DNA of 64,000 nt from a virus. A model generated the notes under the pieces. It had not been told where the DNA came from and searched no databases. It worked only from the letters and a program-made list of their open reading frames with translations. Each line of letters starts with the position of its first letter. Positions within the stretch are counted from its first letter, which is position 1. Made by a program: the position numbers and the translations under genes. Positions 9,013 through 16,754 of this stretch are shown here, in pieces. The stretch spans positions 1 through 64,000 of IMG/VR virus record IMGVR_UViG_3300044511_000090; one strand, written 5' to 3'.

Positions 9013-9256
9013 CGACTTGTTCCAAATGCTCCTGTGTCAGCCATTGTCCGGCATAGGCCACGAACAAGCCCTGTGACGCCGTGCCGACAGGTTCGCCGCG
9101 AAGCAATACCGTCCAGGACATCAAACCGTCATGACGGCGATTCGGCTTGAATTCGAGAGACGGGGCTTTTATTGGTTCTGGCATACGAGACTCCCTCTGG
9201 CCGTTACTATACACACCCAAGTCGGCAAGCACGGCATTCACCAGCGCCGGATTCAT
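8960..9256 (-). CDS. Small hypothetical protein, tandem paralog of 8794-9012
   Basis: Same shared motif. Confidence 0.6.
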   Translation of the reverse strand: MNPALVNAVLADLGVYSNGQRESRMPEPIKAPSLEFKPNRRHDGLMSWTVLLRGEPVGTASQGLFVAYAGQWLTQEHLEQVVEFIKEWKREQHNNRTA

Positions 9257-9267
9257 CCACGCCCCTG

Positions 9268-9372
9268 TTACGAAAACATCTCAGCTTGAGCCGGTTCAAC
9301 ATCCTCAAACAAGCTGCCCTTGCCGTTCGCTTCTTCGATTCGGCGGCAGGCAATGTCGAAATATTTCAGCTC
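9268..9372 (-). pseudogene. Orphaned alternative 3' end of DNA methyltransferase 9862-10563
   Basis: ELKYFDIACRRIEEANGKGSLFED aligns with CEKYFAAAVKRIEEAWGKYSLFDE. Confidence 0.8.
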
Positions 9373-9390
9373 ACTGCATGTCCTATGAAT

Positions 9391-9408
9391 TGTTATAATA
9401 CAGGAATG
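9391..9408 (+). promoter_or_regulatory. Extended -10 leaderless promoter of HNH gene
   Basis: TGtTATAAT(9391-9399)-N6-ATG(9406). Confidence 0.6.
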
Positions 9409-9921
9409 AGAACAAAACCAACCATCATTGTCTGTAAGAACTGCGGGAAAACGGCATCCATACATTCCTATCGACTTCGGAATGGAACAGGAAAGTATTG
9501 CAGTTCGACTTGCTATTTTGCCAACCGGTGGAAACATGACGGGAATTGCCGCCAATGCCAAAAAAAATCCAAGACACGATTCTGTAATTCTGTTTGTCGA
9601 AAAGCATATTGGAATCGTGAGAGTTATCGACAGCATAAAACTAAGCGTAATTGGGAACGTAAACTGGCATTGATTAACGAGCTTGGCGGAAAATGCTGCA
9701 AATGCGGAATAAACGATCCCCGCGTATTGGACATCGACCATATTGACAGCACACAAAAAAAACGGCCTAAAAAACGCCAATGGACTTGGCATCGTCGTTT
9801 TGCTGATTGGGCAGCTAACAAAGGAAACCTCAGACTGTTGTGTGCAAATTGTCATCGTGTATTAACCTGGAAACAACGTCGATTCGGCCTTGTCAATGGC
9901 AAGTCTGTCCTCATCGAATAG
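9406..9921 (+). CDS. HNH endonuclease with N-terminal Cys-rich repeats
   Basis: CKNCG, YCSSTC, FCNSVC; GGKCCKCG...LDIDHID...NLRLLCANCH. Confidence 0.85.
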   Translation: MRTKPTIIVCKNCGKTASIHSYRLRNGTGKYCSSTCYFANRWKHDGNCRQCQKKSKTRFCNSVCRKAYWNRESYRQHKTKRNWERKLALINELGGKCCKCGINDPRVLDIDHIDSTQKKRPKKRQWTWHRRFADWAANKGNLRLLCANCHRVLTWKQRRFGLVNGKSVLIE

Positions 9922-10563
9922 CGAATATTTTCCCCACGCCTCTTCAATTCTTTTCACAGCAGCAGCAAAGTATTTCTCGCATATTTCGATGCCGATGAAG
10001 CGACGACCGGTACGGACGCAGGCAACGCCGGTGGAACCGCTTCCGCAGTATGGATCGAGAATCGTGTCGGCATCCGGTATAAAGCCGAGACACCATTGCA
10101 TCAAGGCGACGGGCTTTTGGGTGGGGTGGACTCGCTCTATATCCTGTTCGCTGGCGCGAATCATTCCCATCCATCTGTGAGAAAACAATCGCGCTGGCTG
10201 GCGCAAGTTTGTCCATGCCATCTCACAATCGGCCATGTCATTACTTCTGCCTCCTTCCCTCTTGTCCCATATCAACCAAGAATCCATCGCGGGAAGGCGA
10301 TTGCTGTAATGATTCCCACCCCAGAGGATTAGAAACTTGAAATCCAGAAGCGGTCTTGGGTCAAACGGGTGGCAATCATCAATAATCCGCTCAAACTTAC
10401 CGCGAGCAGCTGAACAGTCTCCACCAGAAGGATTGTAACTAATCCCATACGGCGGGTCCGTCACTACCGCGTCCACGCTGCCAGCCGCCAGCGTCGGCAG
10501 CACTTCCAGGCAATCGCCGCGATACAGCACATGCTCGCCAATCTGGACACGCTCGAAGCTCAT
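9862..10563 (-). CDS. DNA methyltransferase (N6-A/N4-C, beta class)
   Basis: GDCLEVL, TDPPYG, HPTQKP, ILDPYCGSGSTG, FIGIE. Confidence 0.92.
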   Translation of the reverse strand: MSFERVQIGEHVLYRGDCLEVLPTLAAGSVDAVVTDPPYGISYNPSGGDCSAARGKFERIIDDCHPFDPRPLLDFKFLILWGGNHYSNRLPAMDSWLIWDKREGGRSNDMADCEMAWTNLRQPARLFSHRWMGMIRASEQDIERVHPTQKPVALMQWCLGFIPDADTILDPYCGSGSTGVACVRTGRRFIGIEICEKYFAAAVKRIEEAWGKYSLFDEDRLAIDKAESTLFPG

Positions 10564-10649
10564 CCCCCGCTCCTGTAGGTGGCCCCGCTGCCGCGCTTTC
10601 CCCCGCAGCAGCGCCCGCCGCAAGTCCCAAACGGCGAGTTGGGCCATGT

Positions 10650-10916
10650 TCAGCATTCTCTCCAGACGCCACGTTCCAAAAATCCGTGCCATTTTTCTTC
10701 ATGCGTCGAAATCAAAATCGACGGCGAAACAGTTATCGTGCGGTCATCATGCTCAGTAATTTTGTGGTGCCGAACGCCGTCACCTAAGTTGCCGAGAAAA
10801 TCCCCGCGCGGAGCCCTGCAATACCAGAGCCCTTGCCACTGGCCGTAATCGCCCGGCTCGTACAAGTGCGGGGAAACATCGGTTCGACGACCCATCATCG
10901 GTTGACTTCCTTTCAC
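10650..10916 (-). CDS. Small protein, DUF6527-like
   Basis: H.ITEH.D.TITVSPSIL...WHGFLERGVW. Confidence 0.55.
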   Translation of the reverse strand: MKGSQPMMGRRTDVSPHLYEPGDYGQWQGLWYCRAPRGDFLGNLGDGVRHHKITEHDDRTITVSPSILISTHEEKWHGFLERGVWREC

Positions 10917-11323
10917 CTATACACCGCCATCGGAACCAAGTCCCGATGCGACATTGCACCAAGCGGCACTTCCCTGAACCGATCCAGCGGAATCGGGCAC
11001 GGCATTCGTGCCGCGTAATAGTTCCACGGTCCAATCCAGACACGCAACCGCTCCAGCCACATGACCGTCGCAAATGATCGGCTTGTTTTGCTCACGGTTC
11101 CGTATGCGTAATGCGCTTCGTGCAACAAGTTCCATGCCCAGCGCCGTTCACAAGCATCCATCTCCCATGCGCAGCTACGTCTTGGCTGGCGACTGAGCCA
11201 TAGCAAGTGCGAGTCGGCGATGAGTCGTTGCTGGTGTGCCACTTGGCGCGGCGGAAACTGCGCAAGGTCTTCAGGACTGACTGGCAGCAGCAAGAGATGG
11301 ACAGTGATAGCGATTATGGTCAT
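10913..11323 (-). CDS. Hypothetical protein
   Basis: Overlap-coupled ORF in a GC-richer island. Confidence 0.5.
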   Translation of the reverse strand: MTIIAITVHLLLLPVSPEDLAQFPPRQVAHQQRLIADSHLLWLSRQPRRSCAWEMDACERRWAWNLLHEAHYAYGTVSKTSRSFATVMWLERLRVWIGPWNYYAARMPCPIPLDRFREVPLGAMSHRDLVPMAVYR

Positions 11324-11329
11324 TCCAGT

Positions 11330-11515
11330 TTACCCGGCATCAGAAGCATCACCCTTGTCGGCCTCGTTGCACTCTTCGCCGCTCCCCATCCAGCCACAGA
11401 TACGACTGCCTGAGCTAATGGATAGCGGCACGCCGCGTATGTCCGAATTGCACCAGAAGGCATCGCCCTCTCTGCCGAACACCGAGCCACCACACTTTGG
11501 ACACTTGAAACCCAT
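11330..11515 (-). CDS. Small Zn-finger protein (paralog B)
   Basis: GGAGG SD; similar to 8505-8720. Confidence 0.6.
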   Translation of the reverse strand: MGFKCPKCGGSVFGREGDAFWCNSDIRGVPLSISSGSRICGWMGSGEECNEADKGDASDAG

Positions 11516-11635
11516 GTCGCCCTCCCTGGAATCAAAAAACAGTGTCAGTCTCAATAAGGCGGATATAACCCCGTGTTTTGGGACACTTTTGGCCCTTATT
11601 GAGACTGATAGCCGTCAATCTGGGCAAAATGGCCT

Positions 11636-11905
11636 CTATTTCTCCGTTGGCACTACACTGATCACTTTGCCACCAATTCCGACCGATACAAGCCAATCAT
11701 GCCCGATTTCTCTAACCCCAGATGCGTAAAGTCTGGCTATTTCGTCGGTGTATGGCACAACGCCGAAGGTATCGCTAAACTTGTCCTGGTCGTGCCACCA
11801 AGCCATACAAACACCATGATCTTCGCTACGAAAGGTGAAAACCTTCGGGCCGTCAAAATAGCAAAAGACCTCAACAGGATTGACAATGCCATCAAACATG
11901 GCCAT
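11636..11905 (-). CDS. Hypothetical protein
   Basis: GGAG SD, overlaps the terS end. Confidence 0.5.
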   Translation of the reverse strand: MAMFDGIVNPVEVFCYFDGPKVFTFRSEDHGVCMAWWHDQDKFSDTFGVVPYTDEIARLYASGVREIGHDWLVSVGIGGKVISVVPTEK

Positions 11906-12602
11906 TGCTCCCGTTCGTGCTCGGCCCAAGCGTAGGACCGTGGTACGCACCATTTGACTCAGGCACGACGATCTCGGCTTCAGGCAGGGGCAACGTCACT
12001 CTTGCCTTAATCGCCGCTAGGATGGCCAATAGGCTCTCCCGCTGGTCATCGGCCACAGACAATGCCATTCCGCCGCTGGTAACATCGACCTTTTGCACTG
12101 GCCGCTGGTTATCCGGCATGACGGAATACTTGTCTTCCAGTGCCTCCAAATGCGGGTCTTTCGAGGCCATACGGTACTTGACACGCTTGGCCGTCTTGCC
12201 GTCGTCGGCCAGTTCGATGTCTACCGACGATATGGCTCTGAGAGCCTGCTTGGGTATCTTGTTCGCTGGCCGATGTGACGGAGCGCCATCGCCAGAGAAG
12301 TCGAGGATGTCGTCTATGGAGGAGTAAGCGAGAGCCCGTCTTTCGTCTCTGGCCTTCTTCCACTCTTCGGCCATCTCGCGTTCGACGAGTTGCCGTAACT
12401 CCTGTTGTATTTGGGAGATACGGAGTTGGACTTCCGGCCTGTTAAGTATTTCCCAGGCAAGTCGAGAGCCGTGTGTTTTGTTTTTGGGTTTTTTGTAACC
12501 TGCCTCTTCATAAGCAGTTGCGGAGCAGCCTGTGCGCACATAGGCCAGCGCAAACTTCTCATATCTTTGTGAGCAGGAGTTGATTTTCAAGCTGACGCCC
12601 AT
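11892..12602 (-). CDS. terS: Terminase small subunit
   Basis: FALAY....ATAYEEAGY....SRLAWEILNRPEV HTH; AISSV...KYRMASKDPHLEAL; KVDVTSGG. Confidence 0.8.
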   Translation of the reverse strand: MGVSLKINSCSQRYEKFALAYVRTGCSATAYEEAGYKKPKNKTHGSRLAWEILNRPEVQLRISQIQQELRQLVEREMAEEWKKARDERRALAYSSIDDILDFSGDGAPSHRPANKIPKQALRAISSVDIELADDGKTAKRVKYRMASKDPHLEALEDKYSVMPDNQRPVQKVDVTSGGMALSVADDQRESLLAILAAIKARVTLPLPEAEIVVPESNGAYHGPTLGPSTNGSNGHV

Positions 12603-12684
12603 AGGTGTTAATCCGGTGTTGGTTTCGTGGCCTGGGGTTCAGGTTCATGGTCGATTTTGGCGTTGATTGGGACGTGGTTTGCGA

Positions 12685-13107
12685 TCATGTTGTGATCCTC
12701 ATTCTTTTGACACATTCTTCCATTTTGTCGAACGTCTTGTGGCCGACTAGACGGCGCAGGCTTGTGGCGTCTGCCCTTGACCGTGAGTTTGAGTGCCTGA
12801 ACGCTTCCTCAAGGTCTTTGGAGAACGGGCCGTGGTCAGTGCCTTCAAGTTTAACCGGGCTCAGGTATTCAAGCAGAACGTCGAACAGGAAAGAAGACAG
12901 GTTTGGCCTGTCGCCATCGTGATCCGTGAGGAATAGCTTGGTCCACACGCGCCCACGGCAGAGTATCCGAGTGACATACTTGTGCTTGAACCCCTCTGCC
13001 CAGCATGGGATTTGGTCGAAGCGTCTGGCCGGTCGATAGGCAATGGCCATCCGGCAATTCATTGCAATCTTGTGCAAATTCACCATGCACTCGTTAATCG
13101 AACACAT
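12685..13107 (-). CDS. Hypothetical protein
   Basis: GGAG SD, operon context. Confidence 0.5.
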   Translation of the reverse strand: MCSINECMVNLHKIAMNCRMAIAYRPARRFDQIPCWAEGFKHKYVTRILCRGRVWTKLFLTDHDGDRPNLSSFLFDVLLEYLSPVKLEGTDHGPFSKDLEEAFRHSNSRSRADATSLRRLVGHKTFDKMEECVKRMRITT

Positions 13108-13109
13108 GA

Positions 13110-13340
13110 TTAAACTCCGTTTTTTTCGTCCTCTTCGTCTTCCTCATCCAAGGACTGAGAAAATTCAGCCACCGCCGATACTAGGTATTGTTTGGGGACA
13201 ACTTCATCGCCAGTTATCGGGTCAAGAACTGGCTCTACGGCAAGAACAACATTGCCAACTCCTTCAACAACATTTTCCGAAACCCATTCAGATAGGATGC
13301 GAACGATGTCGGCCTCGTATAACACCACCTTCGTTTTCAT
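13110..13340 (-). CDS. Hypothetical acidic protein
   Basis: Operon context. Confidence 0.5.
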   Translation of the reverse strand: MKTKVVLYEADIVRILSEWVSENVVEGVGNVVLAVEPVLDPITGDEVVPKQYLVSAVAEFSQSLDEEDEEDEKNGV

Positions 13341-13346
13341 GACCTG

Positions 13347-13752
13347 TCACTTTCTGGAAACATAGACAGATGCTTCGCATTGCGGGCAAATGACAAACTG
13401 TACGCCAGGGGAACTGGTGGAATCGCCGTAACTAGAGAAAGTCCTGACCTCGTTGGGCTCAGCCGTCAGTTCGGCCTCACAATTCTGGCACTTACCGACG
13501 TACTTGATTCTTTGGCTGAGTATTTTTCCGAGCTTTACTTGCACGTTTCCACTCCATAGGTTCGTAATGAAAAACAACAATAACAACACTACCGCATATT
13601 GGACAAAGAACATCTCCTTGTTCCCCGTCTGGGAAACGGCTTATGCAGTTGACCTCGTTCGGCTCGGCAATCAGTTCCGCCTCGCATTGCAGGCATTTCC
13701 CTGTGTACTGGACGATAGGGTTGGCGACCTTGCCGAGTTTTGCAATTCTCAC
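13347..13752 (-). CDS. Two tandem Zn-ribbon paralogs (ORFs ending at 13347 and 13492)
   Basis: KLGK......Y.GKC..CEAEL.AEPNEV...CPxC in both. Confidence 0.65.
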
Positions 13753-13755
13753 TTG

Positions 13756-14379
13756 TCACTCCACAAAAATTCGCCGATTCCCTTGTTTCGGAACAGGCTT
13801 GGTATCGGGCTTTTTCTTCTCTGGCTTGAATGAAAGTCCGGCCAGCTTCAAAATCGCCTGAACGAGAATGCGCAAAATCTCCCTCTTGTCGTCGCCAGCC
13901 TGCACAATTTCTTTGTGTGAGATAATGGCTTTGGCAAGATTGTTGTCAGCGCCGAAAGTGGTTGGCGATCCCAACGTAATGACAACTTGCCCGCTTATCA
14001 TGTCGTTGTAGAAGTTGATGTCAATGTTCTTGAACTCGTCTGGAAGAACGGAGTAAATCAGGTTGGCATCGACGCCATAGAAATATTTTTCGGAATCCTT
14101 CTTGGCCTCTGATAACTTTGCAAGCTCCTTCTTGGCCGAGGACAATTCGTACCTCAGCCTCTCGTGTTCTTCCTTCTCGCGCTTGTAAAATTCGTAAGAT
14201 TCTTTTTTTCTCATTTCTTCCCAATGCTCCTCAAGCTGCCGCCAAGAAACATAAACATTGGCATCACCAGATGTTGAACCAATTGGGTAGTAAGTTACAT
14301 ACCCATTCGCACCGGCTGTTGTCGTTGAGGCATAGTGAACGATTTGTGCGGTTCCATCGGTCGAGTACGTTTTCATCAA
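13756..14379 (-). CDS. Hypothetical coiled-coil protein
   Basis: GGAGG SD, long ORF. Confidence 0.6.
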   Translation of the reverse strand: MMKTYSTDGTAQIVHYASTTTAGANGYVTYYPIGSTSGDANVYVSWRQLEEHWEEMRKKESYEFYKREKEEHERLRYELSSAKKELAKLSEAKKDSEKYFYGVDANLIYSVLPDEFKNIDINFYNDMISGQVVITLGSPTTFGADNNLAKAIISHKEIVQAGDDKREILRILVQAILKLAGLSFKPEKKKPDTKPVPKQGNRRIFVE

Positions 14380-14828
14380 ACAACCTCCGCTTCCACTCCG
14401 ACCGGAAGCACAAAGTAAGGGGCTGGCGGCGTCCGAACAAGCTGGTCCTTTACGTCCTTGATGACTTGCTCTAGGTCGATGGACTCATGGGCCGAAAGCT
14501 GAATGATCTTCCCTCCCTGGATCAAAACGAAGCCTTTCCGCATTCGCCCGGCATGAGCAGTTTCGGTAATAGGCGCTGCGCGCGACGATTTATCCACTAC
14601 GTTTTCCAAGGATTTTTCATCCTGCTTTGCATCAGGCTTCGCCGAATTCGCCGGTTTCTGATCCGCCTTGGCTGGCGTTTTGTCTGGGGCTTTTTCGGTA
14701 ATAGTCGCTGCGCGCGCCGATTTATCGCCTGTGTTTTCTAGGGATTTTTCTTGGGACACTTCGTTTGCCACGCCTTCGCTCCTATCCGGCCAACGCTTGT
14801 TTGGCCTCTTGGAAATACTGCTGAACAA
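14376..14828 (-). CDS. Hypothetical protein with internal 22-aa duplication
   Basis: EKSLENTGDKSARAATITE / EKSLENVVDKSSRAAPITE; start uncertain. Confidence 0.5.
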   Translation of the reverse strand: MFSSISKRPNKRWPDRSEGVANEVSQEKSLENTGDKSARAATITEKAPDKTPAKADQKPANSAKPDAKQDEKSLENVVDKSSRAAPITETAHAGRMRKGFVLIQGGKIIQLSAHESIDLEQVIKDVKDQLVRTPPAPYFVLPVGVEAEVV

Positions 14829-15534
14829 GTTCTACCGTTGCGCTGCTGCCAAGGAAACGCTTGATGTCTTCAACCCGCTTGGCTGATCGGCCATGAAGAC
14901 CTCCAATCCATTCTATAACAAATCGGCCTGGACCGCGCATAGAAAGGAATCTATCGACCAAAGTTTCTGTGTCTTTCACGCCATCAAACGAGGATAGTGT
15001 CTCAATGATAAATGTTCGGGATGTGTCGTTCGCGTAGAAGTGGCCTTCTTTGATCAATTGCCTGCGTTTCCTGGCAAAAGCACGACGAAAAGCAGTCTTC
15101 ACTCCGCCATAGGCATAAGAAGTCCATGAAAGCTTTTTGCCAATCTTTTGTGGGTTCCAAAACCGGGCAGAATTGATCATCGCATCATGGGCTATCGTGA
15201 GCAGTTCTTCTTCTGACAGGACGCTGTTGGCCAGCTTCTTCGCCAATTTCATGGCAATCGGATATGCTTTGCTAATCAACTCAGACTGTTCTGGCGTCAT
15301 CTTCTTTGGGTTCGGCTTTTTGGTGAACTCGCTGACCGCGATGAGATGGACGCCGTTGGCACATGGCCTCTCGACTTTATCCATGAAAATGTTGTAGTCT
15401 TGCCGAAGACGCCTGACAGTATCCCTGCCTATTCCAAGCATCTTGGCGGCTCTGCCATGACCCTTATGCTTGAATTCGTCGCTTCTCAACAACGCGACAA
15501 AGGAATCAATCTGTTCCCGTGAAAACGCGGCCAC
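14782..15534 (-). CDS. HTH plus sigma region-2-like transcription factor
   Basis: RAAKMLGIGRDTVRR HTH; AMKLAKK...EELLTIAHDAMINSARFWNP...WTSYAY. Confidence 0.6.
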   Translation of the reverse strand: MAAFSREQIDSFVALLRSDEFKHKGHGRAAKMLGIGRDTVRRLRQDYNIFMDKVERPCANGVHLIAVSEFTKKPNPKKMTPEQSELISKAYPIAMKLAKKLANSVLSEEELLTIAHDAMINSARFWNPQKIGKKLSWTSYAYGGVKTAFRRAFARKRRQLIKEGHFYANDTSRTFIIETLSSFDGVKDTETLVDRFLSMRGPGRFVIEWIGGLHGRSAKRVEDIKRFLGSSATVELVQQYFQEAKQALAG

Positions 15535-15751
15535 GCATCCCCCATGCCTTTATTGTTAGTGATTTGGCCTCTTCAAACGCCTTCCCAATGTCTTTTGAAC
15601 CAAAGTGCCAGTGCCTCATGGCGGCTGCTCGCATGAATGCGTCTATCGAGGATTCCAAGGCTTCTATGTACTTTTCGCTTTCGGCGCGAACATCGTGCAG
15701 CTTGTGCCGCAGGGCCACGCACTCCGAACATGGCAATCCAGGCTCGATCAT
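15506..15751 (-). CDS. Hypothetical protein, leaderless
   Basis: Minus strand TGGACA-N17-TAAACT-N6-ATG. Confidence 0.55.
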   Translation of the reverse strand: MIEPGLPCSECVALRHKLHDVRAESEKYIEALESSIDAFMRAAAMRHWHFGSKDIGKAFEEAKSLTIKAWGMRGRVFTGTD

Positions 15752-15862
15752 GCCAAGAGTTTACTGTACGCTACCAGTCGTGTCCAGTGGAATTTAATTT
15801 GCCCTAGACGGCGCGAGCACTGGTGGTATACTATTGAATAACACAACTTTCGAGGTGCAATC

Positions 15863-16225
15863 ATGCTTGGTAGTTACACAGAGTCGGCAGTTGACATGCT
15901 TGATTTTTTTGAACGGCAGAGGGAGTGGTCCTACGAAACCTTTGGGCCACCGGAGATTCGAGGTCCAGTCGGGCCGCTGAAACACCTTGAGAAAGAGGCA
16001 AAAGAAGCCTACCAAGAACAAGACCTGGAAAAGAGAAAAGAGGAAATCATAGATTGTTTGTTTTTGTCCTTCGACGCCGCCCACCGTGCCGGAATGGGAT
16101 ACAGTGAAATTTCCAGAATCGCTATGGCCAAGCTGAAAAAGAACAAGGGAAGGAAGTGGCCGGACTGGCGCGATGCCAAGCCGGAAGAGGCAGTCGAGCA
16201 CGACCGAAGCGGAGAAGCAAAATGA
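15863..16225 (+). CDS. DUF550-type dATP/dGTP pyrophosphohydrolase (MazG-like)
   Basis: QREWS..TFGP....GPLKHL.KE..E...EEIIDC..L..DA..RAG...KL..NK.R.WPDW. Confidence 0.8.
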   Translation: MLGSYTESAVDMLDFFERQREWSYETFGPPEIRGPVGPLKHLEKEAKEAYQEQDLEKRKEEIIDCLFLSFDAAHRAGMGYSEISRIAMAKLKKNKGRKWPDWRDAKPEEAVEHDRSGEAK

Positions 16226-16503
16226 AACGAGTCTGGAAAACAAGGATCGAGCCTAATTCGATCAAAGACGACGTATACAGAATCTCTGTGCCTTCAAAGG
16301 CAGGCGCTATTCCTAGATTCATAGCAATCCAGGAAGGCGATATTTGCATATGGCACGAAATTGATGAAGAAGCCGATGATGGCAGTCTGTCGATTATTTG
16401 TGTTGGGACGGGGTTTGGCAGAGTGCCTGATGACTGCCCGTACATCGGTTCTGTGATTCATTTGGGGTTCGTGTGGCACTTTTATTGGGAGAAGGCAAAA
16501 TGA
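16222..16503 (+). CDS. Conserved phage hypothetical protein
   Basis: IWHEID...VGTG...YIGSV....FVWHFY; ATGA overlap. Confidence 0.65.
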   Translation: MKRVWKTRIEPNSIKDDVYRISVPSKAGAIPRFIAIQEGDICIWHEIDEEADDGSLSIICVGTGFGRVPDDCPYIGSVIHLGFVWHFYWEKAK

Positions 16504-16754
16504 CAAATCCAAAGCCATGCCCTCGATGTGGCTACCCCATAAGTGTCTTTTCATGATACACAAGATGTGATGCGTGCCGTAGGGAATGGAGGCTTAATAA
16601 TGTTGACACTATAAATGACGTAATAATCACTTGGAATGCGACATCAGAACTGCTCAATGAGAAAGACGACCTTGAACGACGCCTCGAAGATGTTGCGGCC
16701 AAGATCAGGCTTGAAATTTCCAAGATCAACGCCAATAGGAATCTGAACACATGA
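16500..16754 (+). pseudogene. Lar-like Zn-finger gene with one in-frame TGA (16554-16556)
   Basis: KPCPRCG...*YTRCDAC...IITWN; ATGA coupling at both ends. Confidence 0.6.

Noticed and set aside
16554-16556. Genome-wide TGA recoding
   Set aside because: TGA terminates many clear genes (e.g. terL), so code 11 fits
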